From NCBI GenBank assembly GCA_030390025.1, contig CM059432.1, positions 35,590,001 to 35,654,000 of the forward strand: a stretch of DNA of 64,000 bases, in the 5' to 3' direction. Numbering within the stretch: the first letter of the stretch is position 1; every line of letters begins with the position of its first letter. The notes below the pieces were generated by a model. The model had not been told where the DNA came from, did no database searches, and saw only the letters and a program-made list of their open reading frames with translations. Both the position numbers and the translations under genes were made by a program. Origin of the DNA: Squalus acanthias. Lineage: Eukaryota. This document shows positions 23,600-37,059 of this stretch, piece by piece.

Positions 23600-25044
23600 C
23601 AACATTCTTGTTGGGTGAGGAAGGCTACATTACTGACAATTACAAGCCTCCTTTCCTTGAAATAATGAAAACAACAAATCCGTCAGACCCATTTTAAAGA
23701 GTCCTGGGCATGTCTAAGGAAACCTGTCTCCACCACTATCACTCCTCACTGTAGCAGCTATGAAGCAGCTAAGCTAACCTGCAGAAAGTGTGAACGACTG
23801 GCACAGCTCTTCCTGCAGCTGAGAAGGATACGATTGTGCTCGGTATTTGCGTGACAGGATCCTTCCATGCCTCTGCAAGGGATATCTGTCAAATCTGCAT
23901 GTCTACTCATCGTAGATGGATAAAGCAAGTGGCACATTCTCTCCATCACCAAGATCATTTATTTCCATCTCCATAACATTACTCGCCCTGTATTCTTACC
24001 TCATTCCGCCCTCCACTTTTGAAGCCTTTGTTATCTGCACACTCTAGTTACTCCCGAGGCTCTCCTTGCTGGCTTTGCATCCTCCACCTGGCATGAGTTC
24101 CAAATTGTCCAAAACAGCCGCACAGATTCGAAACCACACAAAGTCCCGCTTGCCCATTAGGTTCTCCTCACGTTGGCTCCCTCTCCCCCAACGTCCATCC
24201 GTGCATTGTGTTCTGCCCTAGGACTGATCTGAACTCAAGTTTTACACCTGAGATTCTTAAGCAACTTACGGGGGAAGAGTAGCTGAGGTGGTTTCCCTTT
24301 GCTTTCATCGCGATTTTATGTGTTTGGGATACCTTCTCCGAGCTGGGCCACAACCAAGGCTAAAGAGCCCCACATACCTTTTACGATGGGGCAGGGGGTG
24401 GGGGCACCCACACCCATTGGACGCAAGTACCCACGCTGGGCGGCAGTCTAGTATTCGGAGCTGATGCTCCTGCCTCTAGGAAGGCAGCGTGTTCCTGCTT
24501 TAAATATACAAATGAGGACCTGATTGCAATTTTAGTCAGAGGCCTGAGCGGGGGAGCAATGACTGCTTACCCATCAGACCAAACCTATTGGGAGATGGAT
24601 CGTGGACGAGAATTTTAGGTGTCCATATGGGCCAGGAGGAGCAGGAGTGATGCTGAACTTGCAGAAATGCAGGAACCTCACGTTCTCTGAGCTTTTGCAT
24701 GGACGTGGCGGAGGGATGGTGTGGTGGGGTGCTATATGAATGAGTGCCGGAGGATTTTGGCAGCGGTTTCACGGAATCAGCGCAAAAAGCTGGAGGAAAT
24801 TTGGGTGTAGCGTAATAGCAGGTATAAGCCACTCACACCCAAAGTTTCTCCATCTTTTCGCAGTGAAAAATCTGGCATTACACTATTGTATTGGTGCAAG
24901 TTTTCAGGAAATTCCGGGCCGTTTCCGCTAAAGGCGGAATTAAGCAGCAAGAGAAAAAACATGGAATCAGCTGCTGTGTTCTGGTAGAGCGAGTAATTCC
25001 TTTCGCCAACATTATTTCACCGTCTCCCCGCCTCTTGCTTGCAG

Positions 25045-25164
25045 CACTGCATTGACATTATTCACATCGCAGGACGCCGACCCTTCGGGCAGAACGTGGT
25101 GAATATCTACGCAGACGGTTACCTGAGGAAGACGGCGCAGCTACGGTTTCCTTCACTGAATGAA
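25045..25164 (+). CDS. NBEAL2: NBEAL2 coding exon 5 (HCIDIIHIAGRRPFGQNVVNIYADGYLRKTAQLRFPSLNE), 120 nt
   Basis: cttgcttgcag acceptor, GAA|gtaagg donor; matches HCVxIVHxxGRRPFxQN. Confidence 0.95.
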
Positions 25165-25404
25165 GTAAGGTGCTGCTGCGACTTAATCTTATAAGAGTTT
25201 CCCTTTTTTTCCCCCAAAAACAAAACACACACAACTAAATTGTGCTTGGCAGAGTTGGTGGAACTCTCACCTCTGATTTTGAAGACCGTGGGTTCAAGTC
25301 ATACTTTAGAATGTCACCTAGGCTGACCAAGAGCAGTACTGAGGGAGTGTTGCATTGTTATCTGAGAAAATTAATAAGACATTGGATTTAGTCTTCATAC
25401 ATGA

Positions 25405-25805
25405 AAAAAAGAACTTGCATTTACATAGCGACTTCAGGACATCCCAAAGAGCTTCATAGCTAATTAGGTACTTTTTGAAGTGTAGTCACTGTTGTAATGT
25501 AGGGAAAGGTGGCAGCCAATTTGCACACACAATCTGTTTTAGGTGTTGGTTGAGTGATAAATGTTGGCCAGGACATGGGGAGAAATCCCCTGCTCTCCTT
25601 TGAATAGTGCCGTGGGACAGTTGAGAGAACAGACTGGGCCTCAGTTTAACATGTTATCTGAAAGACGGCACCTCCAACAGTGCAGCACTCACCTCAGTAC
25701 GAGATGTCAGCCGAGATTATATGCTCAAATCGCATGGAGTGGGATTTGAACCCACAAACTTCTGACTCAGGCGAAAATGCTACCACTGAGCCAAGGCTGA
25801 CATTA
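25405..25805 (-). mobile_element. DeuSINE (SacSINE1-like); an opposite-strand head fragment lies at about 25245-25360
   Basis: Reverse complement of the 53114 element, including the head (accactgagccaaggctgaca). Confidence 0.75.
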
Positions 25806-26402
25806 CACCTGAGGCTCCGTGGTACACACCTATGCAGGCCATAGAAGCAAAAGTCATGGATCAATTCCCTTTTGGATACTGCTCAGTCCCTCAGGAGTCT
25901 CTCCTGGCCCTTCTCACACACTCCTGGGTAGGAAGCAAGTAAAAGCTCTCACCCGATAGGCAATTCTTTGCTCATCTTTAGCATCCAACTTCATGGGATC
26001 TGTTGCAACTTTGCTTGTCTATGTATTTTATTGCTATGGTCACGGTTTCTCTGAACGTAGCCTCCTAAGCTCCAAATTCCCCAATCTGCATGTTCTTCCT
26101 TCTCTCTACAAGTGCTGAAATCAAGAATCATCTCACCATCTCCTTTCTTAACTAATTTTTTCCCCAGAACTTTAAAACTGTGGTGGCCGCACCTCCCTTG
26201 GTCTTCACTTCCTCCTACAATCTTCAGGCTTTTAACATTCAAGCTTGGTGTCACCAAATTATTCCTGCCTGTTTCACCCCTGTCCCGTAATGCAGTTCTA
26301 CTATGATTCGCACACTTCAGTCCCATACTGCAATTCCAGTGTGAGGCACACACATACCTTCCTTACTGCAAATCTGGAACTCTCTCCCCGCAAAAAAGCT
26401 GT

Positions 26403-27318
26403 CATAGAGTCATAACGGCACAGAAGGAGGCCATTCGGCCCATCGAGTCCATGCCGGCTCTCTGTAGAGCAATCCAGTCAGTCCCATTCCCCTGCTTTAT
26501 CCCCGTAGCCCTGCAGGTTTATTTCCCTCAAGTGCCTATCCAGTCTCCCCTTGAAAACATTGAGTGTGTCCGCTTCCACCACTTCCATCGGCAGCGAGTT
26601 CCAGGTCCTCACCACTCGCTGCGTAAAAAAGTTTTCCCTCACGTCCCCCTTGTATCTCTTGCCCAAAACCTTAAATCTGTGTCCCCTAGTCCTTGTACCA
26701 TCAACTAGTGGGAACAGCCTTTCCCCATCTAGCCTATCCAAACCCGTCATAATCTTATACACCTCTATCAAATCACCCCTCAACCTCCTTTGCTCTAATG
26801 AAAACAAATACAGCTTCTCCAACCTGTCCTTGTAGCTAAGATCCCCCATCCCCGGAACCATTCTGGTAAATCTCCTCTGCACCCTCTCAAGGGCCTTCAC
26901 ATTCTTCCTAAAGTGTGGTGACCAGAACTGGACGCAATACTCCAGTTGTGGCCTAACCAGCACTTTATAAAGGTTCAGCATAACTTCTCTACTTTTGTAC
27001 TCAATACATCTATTTATGAAGCCCAAGATCTCATATGCTTTGCTAACCACTCTCTCAATATATCCCGCCACCTTCAGGGACCTATGCACATTAACTCCCA
27101 GGTCCCTCTGTCTCTGCACACTCTTTAAAATTGTGCCATTAAGTGTATATTGCCTCTCCCTGTTCCTTCTGCCAAAATGCATCACCTCACACTTCTCTGT
27201 ATTAAATTCCATCTGCCACTTGTCTGCCCATTCTGCTAGCCTTTCTATGTCCTGTTGCACTCCATTGGTATCATCATCACTGTTTGCCACACCCGCAAGT
27301 TTGGTGGCATCGGCAAAT
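26403..27318 (-). mobile_element. 5'-truncated CR1 LINE
   Basis: ORF 26478..27290 is nearly identical to ORF 47872..48705. Confidence 0.9.
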
Positions 27319-27600
27319 TTAGAAATGTCGATGCTGGGTCAATTGAAATTTTCAAGACTGAGATCGATAGATTTTTGTTGGGTAAGGGTATCAAGGGATA
27401 TGGAACAAAGCAGGTAAATGGAGTTGAGGTGCGGCACAGGCTCGAGGAACTGAATGGCCTACTCCTGTTCCTATGGTCTCATCCCATGCTCTCTTAACCT
27501 TGATGGCATCATGAACCGTGGCCTTAACTCTTCACCTTCTGTTCTCATTATGTATTAAAAAAAACGATCTGGTGCATAGTCTTTGACCGAAATATTAACC

Positions 27601-29494
27601 TGAGAACCAACACGAGGGAAAAACCTACTTGACCTCGTCGTCACCAATGTCGCAGATGCATCTGTCCATGATAGTATTGGTAGCAGTGGCCAACATACAA
27701 TCATTGTGGAGACGAAGCCCCGTCTTCACATGAAGGACACCCTCCATCACATTGCTGATGATTGAGAGTCGACTGATCTGGCGGTAATTGGCCGGATTGA
27801 ATTTGTCCTGCTTTTTGTGGACAGGACATACCTGGGCAGTTTTCCATATTGTCGGATAGATGCCAGTGGTGTAGTTGTACTGGAACAGCTTGGCTAGAGG
27901 CACGGCTAGTTCTGGAGCACAAGTCGTCAGCACGATAGCCTTTGCTGTATCCAGTGCGCTCAGCCGTTTCTTGATATCACGTGGAGTGAATCGAATTGCT
28001 TGAAGACTGGCTTCTGTGATGGTGGGGACCTCAGGAGGAGGGCAATATGGATCATCCACTCGGCACTTCTGGCTGAAGATGGTTGCAAACACTTCAGCCT
28101 TGTCTTTTGCACTCATGTGCTGGGCTCCACCATCATTGAGGATGGGGATATTCATGGAGCCTCCTCCTCCCGTTAGTTGTTTAATGGTCCACCACCATTC
28201 ACGACTGGATGCAGCACTTACTCAATAACCTGCTCACTGATGCCCAGTTTTGGTTCAGCCAAGACCACTCAGCTCCCGACCTCATTACAGCCTCGGTCCA
28301 AACATGGACAAAGGAGCTGAATTCCAGAGGTGAGGTGAGAGTGACTGCCCTTGACATCAAGGCAGCATTTAACCGAGTGTGACATCAAGGAGCCCTAGTA
28401 AAACTGAAGTCAGTGGGAATCGGGGGGAAAACTCTCCATGGCTGGAGTTATACCTAGCACAAAGGAAGATGGCTGTGGTTGTTGGAGGTTAATCATCACA
28501 GCCCCAGGACACCGCTGCAGGAGTTCCTCAGGGCAGTGTCCTAGGCCCAACCATCTTCAGGTGCTTCATCAATGACCTTCCCTCCAACATAAGGTCAGAA
28601 ATGGAGATGTTCGCTGATGACTGCACAATGATCCGCGCCATTCACAACTCCTCAGATAATGAAGCAGTCCATGCCCGCATGCAACAAGACCTGGATGACG
28701 TTCAGGCTTGGGCTGATAAGTGGCAGGAAACATTTGCGCCACAAAAGTGCCAGGCAATGACTATCTTCAACAAGCGAGAGTCCAACCACCGCCCCTTGAC
28801 ATTCAATGGCATTACCATGACCGAATGCCCCACCATCAACATCCTGGGGGTCACCATTGACCTGAAACTTAACTGGACCAGCCACATAAATACTGTGGCA
28901 ACAAGAGCAGGTCAGAGGCTAGGTATTCTGCGGCGAGTGTCTCACCTCCTGACTCCCCAAAGCCTTTCCACCATCTACAAGGCACAAGTAAGGTGTGTGA
29001 TGGAATACACTCCACTTGCCTGGATGAGTGCAGCTCCAACAACACTCAAGAAGCTCAACACCATCCAGGACAAAGCAGCCCGCTTGATTGGCACCCCATC
29101 CACCACCTTAAACATTCACTCCCTCCACCACCGGCGTACCATGGCTGCAGTGTGTATCCTCTACAAGATGCACATCAGCAGCTCGCCACCTCCTAAACCC
29201 ACGACCTCTTCCACCTAGAAGGACAAGGGCAGCAGGCGCATGGGAACACCACCACCTCCAAGTTCCCCTCCAAGTCACACACCATCCTGACTTAGACGTA
29301 TATCGCCGACCCTTCATCGCTGGGTCAAAATCCTGGAACTCCCTACCGAACAGCACTGTGTGTGTACCTTCACCACACGGACAATAGAGGTTCAAGAAGG
29401 CGGCTCACCACTACCTTCTCAAGGGCAATTAGGGATGGGCAATAAATGATGGCCTTGCCAGCGACACCCATAACGCATAAACGAATAAAAAAAA
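27601..29494 (+). mobile_element. CR1-group LINE (family B) with an internal inversion
   Basis: + endonuclease piece (EPTRGKNLLDLV), inverted RT N-terminus at about 27745-28210, then + RT (MFADDCT) and the tail agggatgggcaataaatg followed by poly(A). Confidence 0.82.
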
Positions 29495-29625
29495 ATCTTG
29501 TCTGCTTCAGATACTGACAGATCTACTGAGTATTTCCAGCATTTTCTGTTTATTTCCTTTTATCTCTAATATATAAATATGTTGAACTGTTTCAGTTTTT
29601 AAATTTTATCCCTTCTCCTCTCCAG

Positions 29626-29935
29626 TCTTTCACGTGTTGCTGCATTGGTTCAGCCGGTCACAGGACAACCACGACGGTTATTACGTCTCCTTCCCAGTCT
29701 CCCGATCTCTCCTTCACCTCGCACTCCCCTCTCAACCGCTCTCAGTCCTTCCCAGCCAGCTTTGCGGCTCCCATCAGAGACTCCATCTTGTCACAAGCCA
29801 TCGTGAATACGATCGCGGCCGGTACACAGGATACGGAGTGGGGCACACCAACCTCCCTGGAAGGGCAGCTGGGATCCGTCTTCGTGTTCCATGAGGCCCT
29901 GCAGCCAACGCACGTCAAAGCACTTTTTACTGCAG
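29626..29935 (+). CDS. NBEAL2: NBEAL2 coding exon 6 (SFTCCCIGSAGHRTTTT...AGTQDTEWGTPTSLEGQLG...FTAG), 310 nt, ends phase 1
   Basis: ctcctctccag acceptor, G|gtgagt donor; CCIGSAG, RSQS and GTQDTxWGxPTSLEG motifs. Confidence 0.95.
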
Positions 29936-30007
29936 GTGAGTTTTCTTGCCACCATGTTTTATCAGTCAGTCACAGTGTGAGAGGCAGTGTACACAAGGTT
30001 GTTCACA

Positions 30008-30336
30008 CCCATCTGGTATTGTACGCCCCAAGTGTGTCTCGGTGTCGGTCCCTGTACATGTACAGTATTGAGCGGGTAAAAGGGAATGTTTCTCTCCCAT
30101 CTGGTACTGTACCGCTCATGTGTGTCTCATTGTCAACTCCTGTACATGTGCAGTGCACACCAAGGAAAAAGGAAACTATTCAATCCTGTCTGGTACTGTA
30201 CAGGTCTTGTGTGTCTCAGTGTCAGTCATTGTACATGTACTGTACACAGCGGATAAAAGGAAACTGTTCAATCCTGTCTAGTACTGTATGACTCTTGTGT
30301 GTCAGTATCAGCTCCTGTAAATGTACAGTACACACC
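30008..30336. repeat. ~88-bp minisatellite (about 3.7 units)
   Basis: Recurrent cc(a/g)tctggtactgtac...gtgtgtctcagtgtc...ctgtacatgtacagtacac...aaaggaaa. Confidence 0.8.
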
Positions 30337-30481
30337 TCCCTTAAACTTCCTGTCTCTTTCTCATGCTCTCTTTGTGACTATGTCTTGCTACTCCTTTCCT
30401 GCCACCCCTTTTGACTCTCTCTATCCCTCACTGTGGTCATCTGTCTTTCCCTGTCCTGAGTATCAGCTTTGGCTCACTGGT

Positions 30482-31373
30482 AGAACATAAGAACATAAGA
30501 ATTAGGAGCAGGAGTAGGCCATACAGCCCCTCGAGCCTGCTCCGCCATTCAGTAAGATCATGGCTGATCTTCGACCTCAACACCACTTTCCTGCCCTATC
30601 CCCATATCCCTTGATTCCCCTAGAGTCCAAAAATCTATCTATCTCAACCTTGAATATACTCAACGACTGAGCATCCACAGCCCTTTGGGGCAGCGAATTC
30701 CAAAGATTCACAACCCTCTGAGTGAAGAAGTTCCTCCTTGTCTCAGTCTTAAAAGGCTGACCCCTTATTCTGAGACTATGCCCCCTAGTTCTGGACTCTC
30801 CAGCCATGGGAAACAATCTCTCAGCATCTATCCTGTCAATCCCCCTCAGAATGTTTCAATGAGATCTCCTCTCATTCTTCTAAATTCCAAAGAGTATAGG
30901 CTTGATCAAATCAATCTCTCCTCATAGGATAACCCTTGCATCCCAGGGATTAGTCTAGTGAACCTTCGTTGAACCGCCTCTAAGGCAAGTATATCCTTCC
31001 TTAGATAAGGAGACCAAAACTGTACACAGTACTCCAGGTGTGGTCTCACCAAAGCCCTGTACAATTGTAGCAAGACTTCCTTACTCTTGTACTCTTATCC
31101 CCCTAATAATAAAGGTCAACATGCCATTTGCCTTCCTAATTGCTGGCTGTACCTGCATGCTAACTCTCTGTGTTTCCTGTATGAGGACACCTAAATCTCT
31201 CTGAAGTCCAACATTTAATAGTTTCTCACCATTTAAAAAAATTCTGTTTTTCTATTCTTCCTACCAAACCTCACATTTCCCACATTATACTCCATCTGCC
31301 ACCTTATTACCCACTCACTTAATCTGTCTATATCCCTTTGCAGGCTCTTTGTGTCCTCCTCACAGCTTACTTT
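30482..31373 (-). mobile_element. CR1 LINE (outer element e), 3' part; resumes at about 38818-39503
   Basis: Same subfamily as 4632-6190; the sequence continues seamlessly (cttacttt|...ccacctaactttgtatc) across the nested element. Confidence 0.85.
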
Positions 31374-31683
31374 ACATAGGATATACGGCACAGAAACAGG
31401 CCATTCAGTCCAACCAGTTTATGTTCCACTCAAGCCTCCTCTTGTCTTTCCTCATCTAAATCTATCTGCATAACCCTCTATTCCTTTCTCCCTCATATGC
31501 TTGTCTAGCCTCCCCTTAAATGCATCAATACTTTTCACTTCAACCACTCCCTGTGGTAGCGAGTTCCACAATCTCACCACTCTTTGGGTAAAGAAGTTTC
31601 TTCTGAATTCCCGATTGGATTTTTTGGTGACTATTTTATATTGATGGCCTCTAGATATGCTCTTCCCCACAAGTGGAAACATT

Positions 31684-32526
31684 GGGCAGAATTTTCATTG
31701 AGCCGTGGAGGCGGGTTTGGAGGCGGGACTGGATTGAAAATAACTGAATCGGGGGTCCCGACCCCATCCCGCCCCCAACCCGCCTCCATGCCAGTTTCGC
31801 TGGAGGCGGGTACCCGACCTGTGCTGGGACCTGCCTCCCCGAGGCGGGAAGGGGATTAATGGCAATAAACTGCCCGTTAACAGGTAGTTAACAGGCAGTT
31901 TTTTGCCTAATCCCTATTTTTATACCTGAAATGTGGGCTTCCCGACAGGTCCCAACCACGCCGTTTCAGCGAGGCGGACTGTGGGTCTGCAGGGGTTGGA
32001 GGGGTCGATATGTCCGGTGGGCAGGTGAGTGATGGGTGCATGTGTGCGGAGGTAAGTGTGTAAGGTAAGTGTAAAGTGTGGAAAAAAGTTTTACTTACCT
32101 TAACTTCCTCCTGCAGGTGTCAGCCCTTCAGGTCTCGGGAGTCAGAAATCTCACTGGCACAGAAAGCAGAATGGCCGTTGAGCTGTCAAAAGCTGCAGCC
32201 TCTGCTTTTTGTTCTGCGAGATCTCTAAATCAGCCTGAGAGGAAGGAATTAACTTAGAGTACAGATTGTCAGTGTTTGACAGCTTCACAGAGCTGTCAAA
32301 CGCTGATATTTCATCTGTCAAAAGCTCTTGACAGATGAAATGTCAATCTGTGACGTCACCTGTTGCCGGGTGGCCTTTAATTGGCCTGCTGAGCCCGCTG
32401 GGCGGGCTCAACAAGGTCAATCAAGTGAAAATACAGTGGGTTGGCCACAAGTCAATGGAGGCGGGACTACAACCCAAAAAGTGGGAGTCCCGCCTCCATC
32501 CCGTCCCCAGTTTCAAAATCCAGCCC
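31684..32526. mobile_element. PIF/Harbinger-like non-autonomous DNA transposon (843 bp)
   Basis: Imperfect TIR gggcagaattttca / tcaaaatccagccc; 3-bp TSD ATT; the empty site is seen in the CR1 copy near 44440 (gtggaaacattctctc). Confidence 0.78.
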
Positions 32527-33664
32527 ATTCTCTCTGTATTCACTCGATCAAAACCTTTCATAATTTTAAAGACCTCTATTAGGTCACCCCTCAGCCTTCT
32601 CTTTTCAAGAGAATTTATATTAACGATATAAATTTATAAATTCATCCTTTTCTGATATGTATACTCTCGCATTTCTGGTATCATCCTTGTAAATCTTCTC
32701 TGCACCCTCTCCAGTGCCTCTATATCCTTTTTATAATATGGTAACCAGAACTGTACGCAGTACTCTAAGTGTGGTCTAACCATGGTTCGATACAGGTTTA
32801 GCATAACTTCCCTACTTTTCAATTCTATACCTCTATAAATAAACCCTAGTGCCTGGTTTGATTTTTTTATGGCCTTGCTAACGTGTGTCGCAACTTTTAG
32901 TGATTTGTGTATTTGTACTCCTAGATCCCTTTGTTCCTCTACCCCACCTAGACTCGCACCCTCCAAGTAATAGTGACCTCCCTATTCGTCCTACCAAAAT
33001 GTAATACCTCACATTTATCTGTGTTGAACTTCATTTGCCAATTATATGCCCATTCTGCAAGTTTATGAATTTCCTCCTCTAATTTGTTGCAATCCTCCTC
33101 AGTATTGACTATCCCCTCCAATTTGGTGTCATCGCAAATTTAGAAATTGTGTTTTTGATTCCAAAGTCTAAATCGTTAATATAAATTGTGAACAACATTG
33201 GTCCCAGCACTGATCCTTGTGGAACACCACAACCCACCTTCTGCCACTGTAAATAGATACCTTTTACCCCTACTCTCTGCTTTCTGTCTTGAAGCCAGCT
33301 AGCTGTCCATTCTGCTACTTGTCCCCTGACTCCGCATTCTCTGACCTTGTTCATCAGTCTATTATGGGGTACCTTGTCGAAGGCCTTTTGAAAATCTAGA
33401 TAAATTACATCTACTGCATTACTATTGTGTACTCTCTCTGTTACCTCTTCAAAAAATTCAATGAGGTTGGTCAAGCAAGACTTTCCCTTTTGAAATCCAC
33501 GCTGACTATTCATTACTATTTTTTTGGCTTCTAGATGTTCTTCTATTTTCTCTTTTAGTATGGATTCCATTATTTTTCCTACCACCGATGTTAAGCTGAC
33601 TGGTCTATAATTCCCTGGACATGTTCTATCCCCCTTCTTAAATATAGGTATTACATTAGCTATC

Positions 33665-35520
33665 AACAACAACAACAACTTGTATTTATATAGCACCTTT
33701 AACATAGTAAAACGTCCCAAGGCGCTGCACAGGAGTATCTTAAGACAAAAAATTTGACACCGATCCTCATAAGGATAAATTAGGGCAGGTGACCAAAAGC
33801 TTGGTCAAAGAGGTAGGTTTTAAGGAGCGTCTTAAAAGGAGGAAAGAGAGGTAGTGAGGCAGACAGGTTTTGGCAGGGAATTCCAGAGCTTGGGGCCTAG
33901 GCAACAGAAGGCACGGCCGCCAAAGGTTGAGCGATTATAATCAGGGATGCTCAAGAGGGCAGAATTAGAGGAGCGCGGATATCTCGGGGGGTTGTGGGGC
34001 TGAAGGAGATTACAGAGATTGGAAGGGGCGAGGCCATGGAGGGATTTGAAAACAAGGATGAGAATTTTGAAGTCGAAGCGCAGCTTAACCGGGAACACAG
34101 GGGTGATGGGCGAATGGGACTTGGTGCGAGTTAGGACATGGGCAGCTGGGTTTTGGATGACCTCAAGTTTACGTAGGGTGGAACGTGGGAGGCCAGCCAG
34201 GAGTGTGTTGGAATAGTCAAGTCTAGAGGTAACAAAGGCCTGGATGAGGGTTTCAGCAACGGATGAGCTGAGGCAAGGGCGGAGACGGGCGATGTTACGG
34301 AGGTGGAAGTAGGCGGTCTTTGTTATGCTGCGGATATGTGGTCGAAAGCTCATTTCAGGGTCAAATATGACACCAAGGTTGTGAACAGTGTGGTTCAGCC
34401 TCAGACAGATGTTAGGGAGAGGGATGGAGTCAGTGGCTAAGGAACGGAGTTTGTGGCGGGAACCGAAAACAATGGCTTCGGTTTTCCCAATATTTAATTG
34501 GAGGAAATTTTTGCTCATCCAGAACTGTATGTCGGACAAGCAGTCTGACAATTTAGACACCGTGGAGGGGTCGAGAAAAGAAGTAGTGATGTAGAGCTGG
34601 GTGTCGTCAGCGTACATGTGGAAACTGGCACTGTGTTTTCGGATGATGTCGCCAAGGGGCAACATGTAGATGAGAAATAGGAGGGGGGCCAAGGATAGAT
34701 CCTTGTGGGATACCAGAGGTAACGATGCGGGAGTGGGAAGAGAAGCCGTTGCAGGTGATTCTCTGGTTACGATTAGATAGATAAGAATGGAACCAGGCGA
34801 GTGCAGTCCCACCCAGCTGGACGACAGTGGACAGGCGTTGGAGAAGGATGGAGTGGTCAACCGTGTCAAAGGCTGTAGACAAGTCAAGAAGGACGAGGAA
34901 GGATAGTTTACCTTTGTCACAGTCACAAAGGATGTCATTTGCGACTTTGATGAGAGCTGTTTCGGTACTGTGGCAAGGGTGGAAGCCTGATTGGAGGGAT
35001 TCAAACATGGAATTGCGGGAAAGATGGGCACGGATTTGGGAGGCAACAACACATTCAAGGACTTTGGAGAGGAAAGGGAGGTTGGAGATGGGGTGATAGT
35101 TTGCAAGGACGGAGGGATCAAGGTTTGGTTTTTTCAGGAGAGCGATGATGACGGCAGATTTGAAGGAGAGGGGGACAGTATCTGAGGAGAGAGAACCGTT
35201 AATAATATCAGCTAACATGGGAGCCAGAAAAGGAAGTTGGGTGGTCAGCAGTTTGGTGGGAATAGGGTCGAGGGAGCAGGTTGTGGGTCTCATAGACAAG
35301 ATTAGCACAGAGAGGTCATGAGGGGAGATTGGAGAGAAACTGGAGAAAGATGTGAGTTCAGGGCTATGGCAGGGGGGAACCTTAGAGGAAGTTTGGCCCA
35401 GTGGGCTAGGGGAAGGAAGGGAAGTGGCAGATGCAGCTGAATGGATGGTCTCAATCTTAGAGACAAAGAAGTCCATGAGCTCCTCACATTTATTATCGGA
35501 GGTGAGGGTGGAGGAGTCGA
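33665..35520 (-). mobile_element. 5'-truncated L2 LINE
   Basis: RT with LQSGF, LLDLSTAFDTVDH and FHMYADDTQLY; (gtt)n tail; ctatc direct repeat on both flanks. Confidence 0.9.
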
Positions 35521-36246
35521 CTATCTGCCAGTCCTCTGGCACCACACCATTTTCAAACGAATTATTAAATATGTGTACTGATGCCTCTGCTATCTCTTCC
35601 CTAGATTCTTTTTATTTTAAATGCACTTATCTCATTACTAATCTCATCATCCAATGTCATGTCCACCTGCTGTATCTCCCTGGTAAATACTGAAGGAAAA
35701 TAATTATTTAATATTTCTGCCATCTCTCTATCGTTACCAGGTATTATCCTGACTATCCCTTAATGGCCCTATTCCCATCCCAACTTTCCTTTTTTTATTG
35801 ATGTGCCTGTAAAATATTTTGCTATTTTGTTTTATGTTCCTTGATAATTTAATTTCTTAGTTCCCCTTTGCCTTCCTAATTGTTTTTTTGACTTCTCTCC
35901 AAATTGCTTCGTATTCTCTCTTATCATGCACTCCCCTATTGTCTGTGTATTTAATGTATGCCTCTTTCCTTACCCTCAGTTGTTCCCTTATGGCTTTATT
36001 CATCCATGGAGTCTCATTAGTGTTTAGTTTGTTCTTTCATTTTTGCAGAATATATTGTTCCTGCACTCTGTTGAACACCGTTTTAAATGTTTACCATTGC
36101 TGTTCTACATCGTTGTTTGCTAATATTGTTGCCTATTTTATTTTCCCAAGTTCTATTCTCAGCCCCTCAATATCAGCTTTTCTCCAATCTATTACCCTGG
36201 TTTTTGTCATACTTATGTCCTTCTCAATTATCATCTTAAAGTGTAT

Positions 36247-36565
36247 TCACAGAATCACAGAATCCCCACAGTGCAGATAGAGGCCATTTCGGCCCATCGA
36301 GCCTGCACCGACACATATCCCACCCTATCCCCGTAACCCCACGTATTTAATCCCCCTAACACTAAGGGTCAATTTATCATAGCCAAATCAACCTAACCTG
36401 CACATCTTTGGACTGTGGGAGGAAACCGGAGCACCCGGAGGAAACCCACGCAGACACGGCGAGAATGTGCAAACTCCACACAGACAGTCACCCGAGGCCG
36501 GATTCGAACCCGGGTCCCTGGCGCTGTGAGGCAACAGTGCTAACCACTATGCCACCGTGTTGCCC
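36247..36565 (-). mobile_element. Full-length HE1 V-SINE with the standard tail
   Basis: tRNA head, V domain and tail ...gatgggccgaaatggcctctatctgcactgtggggattctgtgattct. Confidence 0.88.
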
Positions 36566-37059
36566 CAATTATATTATTATATTATGGTCACTATTGCCTC
36601 GATGTTCCCCTACTTTTACTTCTCTTATCTGCTCTGGTTCATTCCCCAATACTAGATCCAATATCGAATCCTCCCTTGTTAGGCTTTTTAAATATTGTGT
36701 TAGAAAGGAGTCCTGTGCACATTGTAGGAACTCCATTCCCTTATCCCCTTTACCTACCTCTTCTGTCCAATTAATATCGGGGTAGTTGAACTCCCCCATG
36801 ATTATTATTCTGTGTGTTTTACTCATTTCCCTAATTTGTCTGCATATTTCATCCTCCACCTCCCTTCCACTATTAGGTGGTTTGTAGACAATGCCTATTA
36901 GTGTGATTGATCCTTTATTATCTTTTATCTCTATCGATACGGATTCTATTTTTGTCTTGCTGATCGCTGCGTCACTTTTTTCTACTGCCATTATGTTATC
37001 CCTAATAAGTACAGCTACTCGACCTCCCCTTTTCCCCCTCCCTATCTTTTCTAAATATG

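Noticed and set aside
23030..24950. GC-rich segments (23030-23380, 24330-24950, also 57200-57800) as CpG-island promoters
   Set aside because: They look like decayed non-autonomous DNA transposons, but I could not define TIRs or TSDs, so I left them uncalled.
27569..27600. Fourth hammerhead (ctggtgcatagtctttgaccgaaatattaac)
   Set aside because: The core CUGANGA is mutated and the element is split by a LINE, so it is at most a dead remnant.
29936..30291. In-frame read-through of exon 6 into a Cys-rich extension (ORF 29788..30291)
   Set aside because: There is a strong G|gtgagt donor at 29935, and the extension is just translated minisatellite.
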